Origin: Longimicrobiales bacterium
GTDB taxonomy: Bacteria > Gemmatimonadota > Gemmatimonadetes > Longimicrobiales > Gaopeijiaceae
DNA: 64,000 nt
Reading direction: 5' to 3'
Assembly: GCA_041690395.1 (NCBI GenBank)
Contig: JAWLHJ010000006.1
Location: 70,530-134,529, forward strand
Shown: piece after piece, positions 17,994 to 27,141 of the stretch
Layout of the letters: each line of letters begins with the position of its first letter
Position numbering within the stretch: the first letter of the stretch is position 1
Translations under genes and position numbers: made by a program
The notes under the pieces: model-generated
Told to the model about the DNA's origin: nothing
Databases searched by the model: none
What the model saw: the letters and a program-made list of their open reading frames with translations, nothing else

Positions 17994-19726
17994 CGGCTCG
18001 ACGCGCCGAAGGGCGGTCCCGTCATGGCATGGCACTCCGCGCAATCCTCTCCCGGCCGGTGATCGCGCTCGTCCTGGTGGCACACGAGGCATACGCCGCG
18101 GGTCCGCTCGACGCCCTCGAACGGCAACACCTCGTGGCACCCGCTCCCGGCGCAGCCGACGTGAGCCGTCTCCACCCGGTGGGCACCTTCCGGCGCCGGC
18201 AGATGGCAGGAGGCGCAGTCCACCGACGCGTCGTGATGCGGCTCGTGGCACGACGCGCAGTCGAGCTCGGCCGCCGATCGATCCGGACCCTCCGCATGGC
18301 AGGTCGAGCACGACTCGCCTGCGTGGACTTCGTGGTCGAAGGGGAGCGGGCGTGAGGGCATGTCCCCGACGGAAAGCGCCAGCGCCCGTGTCACCTCGAG
18401 CGAGCCGCCCGTTCCGCTCCGAGAGCCTTCGACGTGGCACGAGACACAGTCACCCGCGACCGGCGCCGTGTGATGGCAACTCCGGCAGTCGGCGATCGTC
18501 TCGACCGTGACCGCGCCGTGCACCGGCTCGCTGGCGTGGCAGTCGCTGCAGGCGACGTCCCGGTGCTCCGAGTGCCGGAAGTCGGGATCCTGGGTCGCGA
18601 TCTGGGGGTGACCGGCCGGGGCGCCGTCGGCGACCAGAGCCGCCCCCGCGGCTGTCGCTTCCGTCGAGGACGGGCCCGGCCGCTCGAGCGACGCGTGGAT
18701 GAATGGTGACGCCGGAGGATGCCCGCCCGCGACTGCTCGAGCCGCGGCGGCCGCCCCGGACGGCGGCCCGTCGTCGAACACGTCCTGATGGCAGGCGAGA
18801 CAATTATCCCCGTCTACCTGGAAGTCGTGCGCCTGGTGGCAGTAGAGGCAATCGGCGGCGACGCCCTCGTCCAGGCCCCGATGGAACGGCGTGAGCGACT
18901 CGGCGTCGGTATGACAGCCGGCCGTCGCGCACGTGTTCGCCGCCTCGGCCGGCGTGGCCTGCACGTGCGGGTTGTGGCACGAAGCGCAGGTGCCGTCGTG
19001 GGGATCGTCGGCGGGCATCGTCGCCAGCGCCTGCATGGCGTGACACGACAGACACGTGTCCTCGTTCGGCGCCAGCGCGGCGAGGGCCGCGTCGGTCCCC
19101 TCCTGGGTGACGCCTACGTTGAAGCCGTGACAGGCGGCGCAGTGGATCGTGAGGTCGCTCATGGCGCCGAGCTGGATGCCGCTGTCGGTGTGACACCCCG
19201 ACTGGGCGCACGTCTGGTCGCTCGCCGCGAACTCGTGGAGCGAGCTCGAGTGGCACTCGACGCACTGGAGTCCCTCCAGCGCCGGGTCGTCCGACTCCAG
19301 GTGGACCGTGTGTCCGGCGGTGGCGGCGACGACCTGCCAGCGATCGGGATCGCCGTTGATATGGCAGTCGGCGCACAGGTCGTTGGGCACGTTCGCGTGG
19401 ACGGAGATCTCGTCCGGATTCTCGACGAACTGGGTGAGCCCCATCCGGCTCCGCTCGATCAGCGTCGGCTGATGGCAATCCTTGCAGCCGAGCTCCTGAT
19501 GGGCGCTACGAGCGAACCGTTCGTATGGATCGACCATGAGGTGGCACGACAGGCAGAAGTCGTTGTCGTGCTCGACGAAGTCGTAGGTCTGGTACGCGTA
19601 GTACCCGCCCGTACCGACCAACCCCACGATGACGACCGCCAGGCCCGCCAACGCCGGCAGCGACAGCGCGCCGATCCAGCGGCGGATGCGGTCCCCGCGC
19701 GGCCTTTCAGGAGGGTCGGAAGCCAT
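17990..19726 (-). CDS. Membrane-anchored multiheme cytochrome c with NapC/NrfH-like N-terminus (17 CxxCH + 3 CX4CH)
   Basis: N-terminal TM helix followed by FCLSCHLM (CxxCHxM of NapC/NrfH heme 1) and SAH...CKDCH. 17 CxxCH plus CAQSGCH, CATAGCH and CAGSGCH; Ala/Pro-rich linker in the middle. Confidence 0.9.
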   Translation of the reverse strand: MASDPPERPRGDRIRRWIGALSLPALAGLAVVIVGLVGTGGYYAYQTYDFVEHDNDFCLSCHLMVDPYERFARSAHQELGCKDCHQPTLIERSRMGLTQFVENPDEISVHANVPNDLCADCHINGDPDRWQVVAATAGHTVHLESDDPALEGLQCVECHSSSLHEFAASDQTCAQSGCHTDSGIQLGAMSDLTIHCAACHGFNVGVTQEGTDAALAALAPNEDTCLSCHAMQALATMPADDPHDGTCASCHNPHVQATPAEAANTCATAGCHTDAESLTPFHRGLDEGVAADCLYCHQAHDFQVDGDNCLACHQDVFDDGPPSGAAAAARAVAGGHPPASPFIHASLERPGPSSTEATAAGAALVADGAPAGHPQIATQDPDFRHSEHRDVACSDCHASEPVHGAVTVETIADCRSCHHTAPVAGDCVSCHVEGSRSGTGGSLEVTRALALSVGDMPSRPLPFDHEVHAGESCSTCHAEGPDRSAAELDCASCHEPHHDASVDCASCHLPAPEGAHRVETAHVGCAGSGCHEVLPFEGVERTRGVCLVCHQDERDHRPGEDCAECHAMTGPPFGASSR

Positions 19727-19749
19727 GGCGGCTCAGGCGCTCGCTTGCC

Positions 19750-21180
19750 TCACCGCCCCCCGTGGAGGGCCGCTGCCCGTGGCGGCGCCGTGACCGAGTA
19801 GCGCGACTCGACCTCGGTGATCGTGGCCTGGAGGAGCGCCTCGATCAGGAAGGGGTTGTGCACCGCGGCCCCCGGAGATCTCGCCAATTCGAGGTTGAAC
19901 TGCGCACCCTCGCCCACCGTGTAGCGGTCGTCCGTCTCGTCGAACTCGGTCTCCGGAATCTGCGCGATGAGCGCCTCGAGATCGTCGGCATCCGCGGCGA
20001 TCTGATTCTCGGCGTTCACCTGGAGGCCGCGCGCGACGTCGGGTGCACCATGGCACCCGGCCGTCGCGCAGGTGGCGAAGGAGCGCTCTTCGGGCGCGCA
20101 ATCCGCCGCTCCCGTCGGAATACCGGCTCCGTCCACGCAGGGGGTGGCCTCGAAGGAGTGCCCGGTGGACTGGAAGAGGAGATCGTCCGTCTCCGAGTCG
20201 GTCACCTCGAAGGACTGGACATGACAGGAAGCGCAGAGGCCGGGGTTCGCCTCGGGCGTACCGTGCGTGCCGACTATCCGCCCGCCCGGGAACGACATGT
20301 TCGGCGGCCACCAACCGGCGACGCCGAGCAGCGTCGGCCCTTCCGGGGAATGCGGGCCGCGGAAGGTCGTGGGATCCGGGGTCCCCCGCTTGTTGTGGCA
20401 CATCATGCAGAGGTTCTGGTCCTCGTCCGGCACGTCGATGGCGAAGCGGAGCTGAGCCGGATTGTCGGACCCGTGCGGATCGTGACAGACCGCGCAGGTG
20501 ATCGCCAGGTGCTCGCCCGGCGCCGCGACGTCCGCCTGCTCCAGATAGGACGTCTTCACCCCCATCATGGCGAGCGCACCCTCACCCGTGTGGCAGCTCG
20601 TGCAGGCGGGGTTGCCGGCGGGGTACGCCTGCACCCGGCCGTGGGCCGACTCGGCCCACTCGTCGGCGAACGGATGGTGAGCGCCCTGGTGGCACTCCGC
20701 GCACCCGAGCGTCAGGTCGAGACCCACGTCCATGGGCGCCAGAGGGACCGTCGCGTCGTTCGGATTCGTGACGTGCGCCAGACCGGGGCCGTGGCAGGCC
20801 TCACACTGGACGTCCTGGTAGCGAACCTCGCCGGTGGCGGCGTGCCCGACCGTGCCCGTGCTCACGTTGCCCAGCTCGCCCACCGTGTGACACCCCTCGC
20901 AGAAGGCCTGCGAGTGCCCGCTGTCCTGGAGCCCGTCCCAGGCGTCGGCGTGGGCGGTCTCGACCCACTCACCCTGCGTACCGATGTGGCAATTGCCGCA
21001 GACGGTCAGCTTGTCGTCCGAGTCCGTGTATCCGAGGAAGTCGCCCGCCTCTGAGAGCGGATCCTCGAAAAGCTCACGGTCCTGGAAGACCACCCGCTCG
21101 TCGACGCACCCCGACGCGACGAACAGCGTGAGGAGGAGGACCAGTAGCTGGGGGACGCGCGGGCTGGGACGGTTCTTCAT
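19750..21180 (-). CDS. Multiheme cytochrome c lipoprotein (8 CxxCH + 1 CX4CH) with C-terminal helical GxxVHNP region
   Basis: ATG 21180 (MKNRP...), lipobox VASGC; CGNCH, CEGCH, CEACH, CAECH, CTSCH, CAVCH, CMMCH, CASCH, CATAGCH; C-terminal helices with GAAVHNP. Confidence 0.9.
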   Translation of the reverse strand: MKNRPSPRVPQLLVLLLTLFVASGCVDERVVFQDRELFEDPLSEAGDFLGYTDSDDKLTVCGNCHIGTQGEWVETAHADAWDGLQDSGHSQAFCEGCHTVGELGNVSTGTVGHAATGEVRYQDVQCEACHGPGLAHVTNPNDATVPLAPMDVGLDLTLGCAECHQGAHHPFADEWAESAHGRVQAYPAGNPACTSCHTGEGALAMMGVKTSYLEQADVAAPGEHLAITCAVCHDPHGSDNPAQLRFAIDVPDEDQNLCMMCHNKRGTPDPTTFRGPHSPEGPTLLGVAGWWPPNMSFPGGRIVGTHGTPEANPGLCASCHVQSFEVTDSETDDLLFQSTGHSFEATPCVDGAGIPTGAADCAPEERSFATCATAGCHGAPDVARGLQVNAENQIAADADDLEALIAQIPETEFDETDDRYTVGEGAQFNLELARSPGAAVHNPFLIEALLQATITEVESRYSVTAPPRAAALHGGR

Positions 21181-21459
21181 GGACGCTCTCCGACTTCCGT
21201 TCTGCGACGAGCGCGAGGTTCGCTCGTCGCGGTGAGCCGGAAGCTCGCCGCAGGGGCGAAGGCGCGCTGTCGGGAAAATCCCGATTCGTCCGGATGGGGG
21301 TGTCCGTGATGTTACGGACCCGAACACACCCAACATTCAAGAGTGGGCGCCCGACCGCAAGGTATGGGCGGTCGCGGCGAAGCTACGGATGGGTCACGAA
21401 GCCCACCGGGTGAGCGGACGGCCGGCTTCGGGGCGGCGCCGAGCTCGGGTGGGGCCGAC

Positions 21460-22644
21460 TCAGTACGCCGCGATGCCCGTGACGGCCTGCCCCAGGATCA
21501 GCGAGTGGATGTCGTGCGTCCCTTCGTACGTGTAGACCGACTCCAGGTTGGCCATGTGCCGCATCGAGTGGTACTCGACGAGGATGCCGTTGCCCCCGAG
21601 CAGCCGACGCGCCTCACGGGCGATGTCCGTCGCCATGTCGCAGTTCGCGCGCTTGGCGAGCGACACCTGCTGCGGGGTCATCGTCCCCTCGTCCTTCATG
21701 CGGCCGAGCCGGTAGGTGAGGAGCTGGCCCTGGGTGATCTTCGTGAGCATGTCGGCGAGCCGCACCTGCTGGATCTGCTTCCCGCCGATGACCGTGTCGA
21801 ACATCACTCGCTCCTTCGCGTAGGCGCGCGCCTCGTCGAAGCACGCCATCGCGGCGCCGACCACGCCCCAGGAGATGCCGTAACGGGCCTGCGTGAGGCA
21901 CATGAGCGGATGCTTGAGTCCACGCGTGGTGTCGGGCATTAGGGCATCCTCGGGGAGCTCGACGTCCTCGAGGACCAGCTCGCTGGTGTCGGAGGCGAGC
22001 AGCGACAGCTTCCCTTTCTGGTCGCGGGCGCTGAAGCCGGGCGTATCGGTCGGGACCACGAAGCCGCGGATCCCCTTGGGATCGCCGATCTCCCCCGTCT
22101 GGGCCCAGATCACCGCGACGTCGGACATGGAGCCGTTGGTGATCCACATCTTGGCGCCGTTCAGGACCCACCCGTCCGACGTCTTCTTCGCGGTGGTGAT
22201 CATCCCCGCGGGGTTCGAGCCGTAGTCGGGTTCCGTGAGTCCGAAGCACCCGATCGCTTCACCGGTCGCGAGCTTGGGCAGCCAGGTGCGGCGGTGCTCC
22301 TCGCTCCCGAACGCGAAGATCGGGTACATGACGAGCGCGCCCTGGACCGACACGAACGAGCGGATGCCCGAATCGCCCCGCTCGAGCTCCTGCATGATGA
22401 GGCCGTAGGCGACGTTGTTCAGCCCCGCGCATCCGTACTCCTCCGGGAGGTTCGCTCCGAGGACACCGAGCTCGCCCATCTCCGGGATGAGCTCCTTCGG
22501 AAAGCGGCGCTGGATGTATGCGTCGCCGATGACGGGCATGAGCCGGTCCTCCACCCAGTCCCGGACGGTGTCGCGCACCATCCGCTCCTCTTCCGAGAGA
22601 AGGGAGTCGATGTCGTAGAAGTCGATGCCTTCGAAGCGCGCCAT
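21460..22644 (-). CDS. Acyl-CoA dehydrogenase, glutaryl-CoA dehydrogenase-like
   Basis: ELERGDSG, GCFGLTEPDYGS, NGAKMWITNG, ARYGISWG, LGGNGI and YTYEGTHDIH. Confidence 0.9.
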   Translation of the reverse strand: MARFEGIDFYDIDSLLSEEERMVRDTVRDWVEDRLMPVIGDAYIQRRFPKELIPEMGELGVLGANLPEEYGCAGLNNVAYGLIMQELERGDSGIRSFVSVQGALVMYPIFAFGSEEHRRTWLPKLATGEAIGCFGLTEPDYGSNPAGMITTAKKTSDGWVLNGAKMWITNGSMSDVAVIWAQTGEIGDPKGIRGFVVPTDTPGFSARDQKGKLSLLASDTSELVLEDVELPEDALMPDTTRGLKHPLMCLTQARYGISWGVVGAAMACFDEARAYAKERVMFDTVIGGKQIQQVRLADMLTKITQGQLLTYRLGRMKDEGTMTPQQVSLAKRANCDMATDIAREARRLLGGNGILVEYHSMRHMANLESVYTYEGTHDIHSLILGQAVTGIAAY

Positions 22645-22867
22645 GTCGGGAAGTCTGTCGGGGCCGGTGGCCCGTGGAACGTCGGTCGGAGATCAGCAAG
22701 ATAACCCACGGTCCCGGCCAGGAGATCCCCCGCAGGCCCGGTGGGAGGCCATTTAATCGCCCCGCCAAGACCCCTTCGCCACCCTTCCGCACGTCCCGGC
22801 CACCCATTCCCGAACTCGAAATACAGGGCTGTCCCGGACGTCTCACGCGATAGATAAGGGAGGACTG

Positions 22868-24340
22868 ATGATGATGGGTCATGTTCGCGCATGGGCCGGG
22901 CGGATCACGCTCGGGCTGGCGCTATTCGTTCTGAGCGGCTGCGACGAGAGCGGTACCGCGCCGCGAGTGGTGGACGACGTCACCGTCTCGCCCGGTGATA
23001 CGACGCTCATGGTCGGCGAGACCTTGCAGCTGCAGGTCGTGGCGCGCGACGCCGCCGGGGAGCGGATCGACGGCCTCGTGGCGGTGTGGAGCACGCAGAA
23101 CGGCGACGTCGCATCCGTTTCGGCCGGCGGCCTCCTCACGGCGGTGGCGACCGGCGCGACCCGGGTTACCGCCACGATGGGCGGAGTGGACGGAGCGATG
23201 GATGTGGTGGTGGAAGGCGAGGACCCGGGCCCGACGCCGGGACCGGTGGCCAGCGTCACCCTCGATCGGGTCGCGGTGAGCCTCGAGGAAGGCGACGCCA
23301 CCACGCTGGTGGCCACCGCACGGGACGCCGCCGGTACCGTCGTGACGGGCCGCGTCGTGCAGTGGACGACGTCGAACGCGGCGGTGGCACAGGTGGGCTT
23401 CTTCGGCCAGGTGTCGGGCGTGAAGGTCGGATCGGCCCGGGTGACCGCGCGGGTGGACGGAGCCACGGCCACCGCCGACGTCTCGGTGACGGCGGACTAC
23501 GGTTACGACCTGCTGTACGACATGTCGGAGGCGGTGGAGGTGGCGCCGGTGCTGTTCCGACTCCCGATCACCGAGGCGGACGCGGTGCCCGAGCGCGTCT
23601 TCCCGGGACGGGCGGGCTTCGACGCGACGGTGTCGCCGGCCGGAGACCGGATCGCGTTCCGGGCCTACGCCGACGGAGGCTCGCAGATCTGGGTGGCCGA
23701 CCTCGACGGGAGCGACAGCCTGAAGGTCGCGGGCGAGCCGGGCTGGAATCTGGAGTCGCCCAGCTGGTCGCCCGACGGCCGGCGGATCGTCTTCCACGGG
23801 TGGTCCCCGACTGAGCCCGTGACCCGGATCTGGGTGGTGGACGCGGACGGAACGGACCTCGTGCCCCTGACGTCCTCCGACCAGGACGGAGGCTCGAACC
23901 AATGGCCGGCGTGGTCGCCGGAGCGGGTCGGTGGAGACCGGATCGCCTACACCCGCATCGCGGACGGCCGTGCACACCTCTGGACCATGCGCCCGGACGG
24001 AACCGGCAAGACGCAGATCACGACCGGTAACGTGGCCGACATGAAACCCGCCTGGTCACCCGACGGGGAGCGCATCGCGTTCGAGCGGTATGGGGACACC
24101 ACAGGGGGCGGCGGCGACATCTGGCTCGTCCACGCGTCCGGCGCTTCCCCCCAGCGGCTCACGAATCTGCCGCTCGGCCAGTTCGACCCTGCGTGGTCTC
24201 CCGACGGACGGCTGATCGCCTTCAGCTCCGGCCTCAGCAGCGAGCTCCAGATCTACACGATCTGGACGGACGGCTCGAAGCTGGCCCAGCGGACCTCCGG
24301 CGAGCGGCCGCACGAGCGGCCGACCTGGATCCGGAAGTGA
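22868..24340 (+). CDS. Lipoprotein with two bacterial Ig-like (Big_2) domains and a TolB-like (PD40) beta-propeller
   Basis: Lipobox LSGC; two Ig repeats (WST...VASVS...G.V/LTAV..G...VTA); several P.WSPDG..I.F repeats. Confidence 0.85.
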   Translation: MMMGHVRAWAGRITLGLALFVLSGCDESGTAPRVVDDVTVSPGDTTLMVGETLQLQVVARDAAGERIDGLVAVWSTQNGDVASVSAGGLLTAVATGATRVTATMGGVDGAMDVVVEGEDPGPTPGPVASVTLDRVAVSLEEGDATTLVATARDAAGTVVTGRVVQWTTSNAAVAQVGFFGQVSGVKVGSARVTARVDGATATADVSVTADYGYDLLYDMSEAVEVAPVLFRLPITEADAVPERVFPGRAGFDATVSPAGDRIAFRAYADGGSQIWVADLDGSDSLKVAGEPGWNLESPSWSPDGRRIVFHGWSPTEPVTRIWVVDADGTDLVPLTSSDQDGGSNQWPAWSPERVGGDRIAYTRIADGRAHLWTMRPDGTGKTQITTGNVADMKPAWSPDGERIAFERYGDTTGGGGDIWLVHASGASPQRLTNLPLGQFDPAWSPDGRLIAFSSGLSSELQIYTIWTDGSKLAQRTSGERPHERPTWIRK

Positions 24341-24386
24341 GTGATCGATGCCCCGGCGTGGGGTCGTGCCGGGAGGGAGACGAGCG

Positions 24387-24416
24387 CGGGGGCGGGCCGG
24401 AAGCGGCCCGCCCCCG
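24387..24416. terminator. Hairpin between convergent genes
   Basis: CGGGGGCGGGCCG-GAAG-CGGCCCGCCCCCG, a perfect 13-bp stem. Confidence 0.6.
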
Positions 24417-24420
24417 TCGC

Positions 24421-24792
24421 TCATTCGGGCGCGTCTTCCGGGGGCAGCTCCGGCGGCCGCGCCTCCACCGCGCGTCGGTTCCGGAAGCGCATGACGCCGT
24501 AGGCGAACTCCCGCATGACCTTCTGCCCGATCCAGATCGCGGCGACCACGGTCCCGGCCCACGCGCCTACGAGCACCCGCGGGCGGATACCCAGCCAGAT
24601 GTAGAGCGCGACCCCCGCGCCGATCACCAGCCCCCCCAGCCATCCCCACCAGGCCGCACGGTTGCGCGCATCTCTGCGGCATGCGTCGCACCAGAGGAGC
24701 CGGTCGAGGTTCATGACGTCGTGAACCTCGAGGCACCGGATGCAGGTCACCTCCTCCGGATACCGGTCTCGCCAGGTCGGACGGTCGGCCAT
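24421..24792 (-). CDS. Small membrane protein with N-terminal CxxC...CxxC zinc-ribbon-like motif
   Basis: CIRC and CDAC, then two TM helices. Confidence 0.75.
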   Translation of the reverse strand: MADRPTWRDRYPEEVTCIRCLEVHDVMNLDRLLWCDACRRDARNRAAWWGWLGGLVIGAGVALYIWLGIRPRVLVGAWAGTVVAAIWIGQKVMREFAYGVMRFRNRRAVEARPPELPPEDAPE

Positions 24793-24815
24793 GATCGCTC
24801 CCCGTTCCTCTCGAC

Positions 24816-25832
24816 TCAGCCGAGCGCCCGCAGCAGGGCGTCGGCGTAGTCGTTCGTTCCGGCCGTGCCGCCCATGTCGCGGGTCCGGCTCGCCGGGTCC
24901 CCCCTCACGACGGTGTCCACCGCGTTCCGGATCCGGTCGGCGGTATCCCCGTCACCGAGGTGGTCGAGCATGAGGCAGGCCGAGAGCAGGAGCCCGGTCG
25001 GGTTCGCGACTCCCTGCCCGGCGATGTCCGGCGCGGTGCCGTGCACGGCCTCGAACATGGCCGTGTCCTTGCCGATGTTGCCCGCCGGAGCGAAGCCGAG
25101 CCCGCCGACGAGCCCCGCCATGAGGTCCGACAGGATGTCGCCGAACATGTTCTCCATGACGAGCACGTCGAACTGATACGGGTCGAGCACGAGCTGCATC
25201 GCGGTGGCATCGATGATCTTGTCCTCCCACTCGATCTCGGGGTAGTCCTTCGCGACCTCGGCCGCCACCTCGAGGAAGAGCCCCTGCGTGTACTTCAGGA
25301 TGTTCGCCTTGTGGGCGAGGGTCACCTTTTTCCGACCGTGCTGCCGCGCGTAGTCGAAGGCGTAGCGCGAGATCCGCTCCGCGCCGAAACGCGTGATGAT
25401 CATGACGGATTCGGCCGCCGCCCGGCTGTCGCCGTGCATTCCGATGTAGTGCTCCACCCCGACGTAGAGGCCTTCCGTGTTCTCACGGATCAGCACGAGA
25501 TCGATGTCCTCGTACCGGCCGCCCGGGACGATAGTCCGGACCGGACGCACGTTCGCGTACAGATCGAACTCCTTCCGGAGCTGGACGTTGATCGAGCGGA
25601 AGCCCCGTCCGGAAGGGGTCATCAATGGCCCCTTGAGCAGGACGTGGTTCCGCGCGACCGAGTCGAGCGTCTCCTGAGGGAGCGGATCCTTGACCTGCTC
25701 GAGCGCGGTCACGCCGGCGAGCTGCATGTCGAAGTCGAGGTCGGCGCCGGCCCCCCGGAGAACGCGCAGGGTGGCGTCTGTGACTTCGGGTCCGATCCCG
25801 TCTCCGGGGACGACTGTGATTGTCTTGGCCAT
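24816..25832 (-). CDS. Isocitrate/isopropylmalate dehydrogenase family protein (probably NAD-dependent IDH-like)
   Basis: [57 protein letters not shown]. Confidence 0.9.
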   Translation of the reverse strand: MAKTITVVPGDGIGPEVTDATLRVLRGAGADLDFDMQLAGVTALEQVKDPLPQETLDSVARNHVLLKGPLMTPSGRGFRSINVQLRKEFDLYANVRPVRTIVPGGRYEDIDLVLIRENTEGLYVGVEHYIGMHGDSRAAAESVMIITRFGAERISRYAFDYARQHGRKKVTLAHKANILKYTQGLFLEVAAEVAKDYPEIEWEDKIIDATAMQLVLDPYQFDVLVMENMFGDILSDLMAGLVGGLGFAPAGNIGKDTAMFEAVHGTAPDIAGQGVANPTGLLLSACLMLDHLGDGDTADRIRNAVDTVVRGDPASRTRDMGGTAGTNDYADALLRALG

Positions 25833-25889
25833 GGTTGATCTGTTGGGTGATGCCGGGGCCTGTGCCCAGCGGGGGTGGAGTCGTGTTCG

Positions 25890-26510
25890 TCAGCTTTGGG
25901 TGTACCAGAGCAGAGTCCGGGAGACTTCGTCGGCGGCGGAGGCCAGGAGTCTGGGATCGTCGATCGGGTGGGGCTCACCTTCGAGGATGGCGAACCAGGC
26001 CACGTGCCCCGAGCGGACATCGACGAGCGCCATGGTGAGGCGGACCCTCGGCGACGCATCGTCGGGATCCCTCACCAGCTCGGCACGCACGGGGAGCAGA
26101 GCCGCCTCTCCGCCGACCAGCGTCGAAGCCCGGTAGATCTCCCCGAAGAGGGGATCGCCGATACGGAGTACCTCGGCCGTGAGGAACTGGCCGACCGCGA
26201 GACCGCGCGTGCGTGCCTGGAGGCTCGGCGACCGCTCCAGCGCATGCTCGAGCTGCTCCGGCGGGATCCACGTGACGTCGCTCGCGCGAGTCCGAAGGTG
26301 GAAGAGCAGCTCGTCGTCCATCGCGCCCGGGACGCCCATCAGCTGCTGCGTCGGATAGAGCATCACGGTCCGTCCGCGCAGATCGGGAGGCACGCCGCGT
26401 GACGTACCCGGCTCCGGGGGCGGCGCGGTGCGCGAGCCGCACGCCGCGACGCTCAGCGCCAGCACCGTCGCGAGCGCGACCCCACCGATTCCATGCCTCC
26501 TTATCTTCAA
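25890..26510 (-). CDS. Hypothetical lipoprotein
   Basis: TTG 26510 with GGAGAAG upstream; lipobox VAAC. Confidence 0.65.
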   Translation of the reverse strand: MKIRRHGIGGVALATVLALSVAACGSRTAPPPEPGTSRGVPPDLRGRTVMLYPTQQLMGVPGAMDDELLFHLRTRASDVTWIPPEQLEHALERSPSLQARTRGLAVGQFLTAEVLRIGDPLFGEIYRASTLVGGEAALLPVRAELVRDPDDASPRVRLTMALVDVRSGHVAWFAILEGEPHPIDDPRLLASAADEVSRTLLWYTQS

Positions 26511-26751
26511 CCGCTTCTCCGATGGACGACCCGTCACCCGGCCGTACGGCCCCGAACCCTCGCGGTCCGGAGCAGGAAAGGTAGACGCGCCCCCCCGCCT
26601 GTTGAACCTCCCTGGCGCGACGGCCACACCCGGCGCCCGACCTACCGAGCCGGCACCGCCATTGACACGGAGCGGCGGCGGTGCCCCATTGGCCGGTCCT
26701 TCGCCCGGTCACGAGCATCCGGGCCGAACCAAAGCGTGGAGTAACCGCACG

Positions 26752-27132
26752 ATGAGCGAGAGTCCCGTCCGTCATGAGAAGTGGAGCGAGATCCGTCACG
26801 AGAAGGTCACCGAAACGATCTCCCGACGCCTGTTCACCGGCGAGCGCATGATGCTGGCGCACGTCTACCTCGACAAGGGCGCCATCGTGCCCACCCACAG
26901 CCACGAGAACGAGCAGCTCACCTGGATCCTGGAGGGTGCCCTCCGCTTCTGGATCGGCGAGGAGGGCTCGGACGACGTGAAGGAGCTCGTGGTCTCGGCC
27001 GGCGAGGTGCTCTACATCCCGTCGAACGTGCCGCACAAGGCCGAGGCGCTCGAGGACACCTTCGACGTCGACGTGTTCAGCCCACCCCGCCAGGATTGGC
27101 TGGACGGGACCGACACGTACTTCAAGAAGTAG
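26752..27132 (+). CDS. Cupin-domain protein
   Basis: PTHSHENEQ and IPSNVPH metal-binding cupin motifs; DVFSPPRQDW. Confidence 0.88.
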   Translation: MSESPVRHEKWSEIRHEKVTETISRRLFTGERMMLAHVYLDKGAIVPTHSHENEQLTWILEGALRFWIGEEGSDDVKELVVSAGEVLYIPSNVPHKAEALEDTFDVDVFSPPRQDWLDGTDTYFKK

Positions 27133-27141
27133 GGGCGGGCC

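Noticed and set aside
17994..18440. N-terminal extension of the porin ORF (636 aa), and likewise of the TPR ORF (to 16078)
   Set aside because: Arg-rich alternative-frame read of the upstream cytochrome genes; ATGA-coupled starts followed by signal peptides are at 17993 and 15109.
19750..21180. Annotation as NrfA nitrite reductase with NrfH
   Set aside because: No CxxCK motif and nine rather than five hemes; the partner has 20 hemes and a porin is in the operon. Kept only as an alternative hypothesis.
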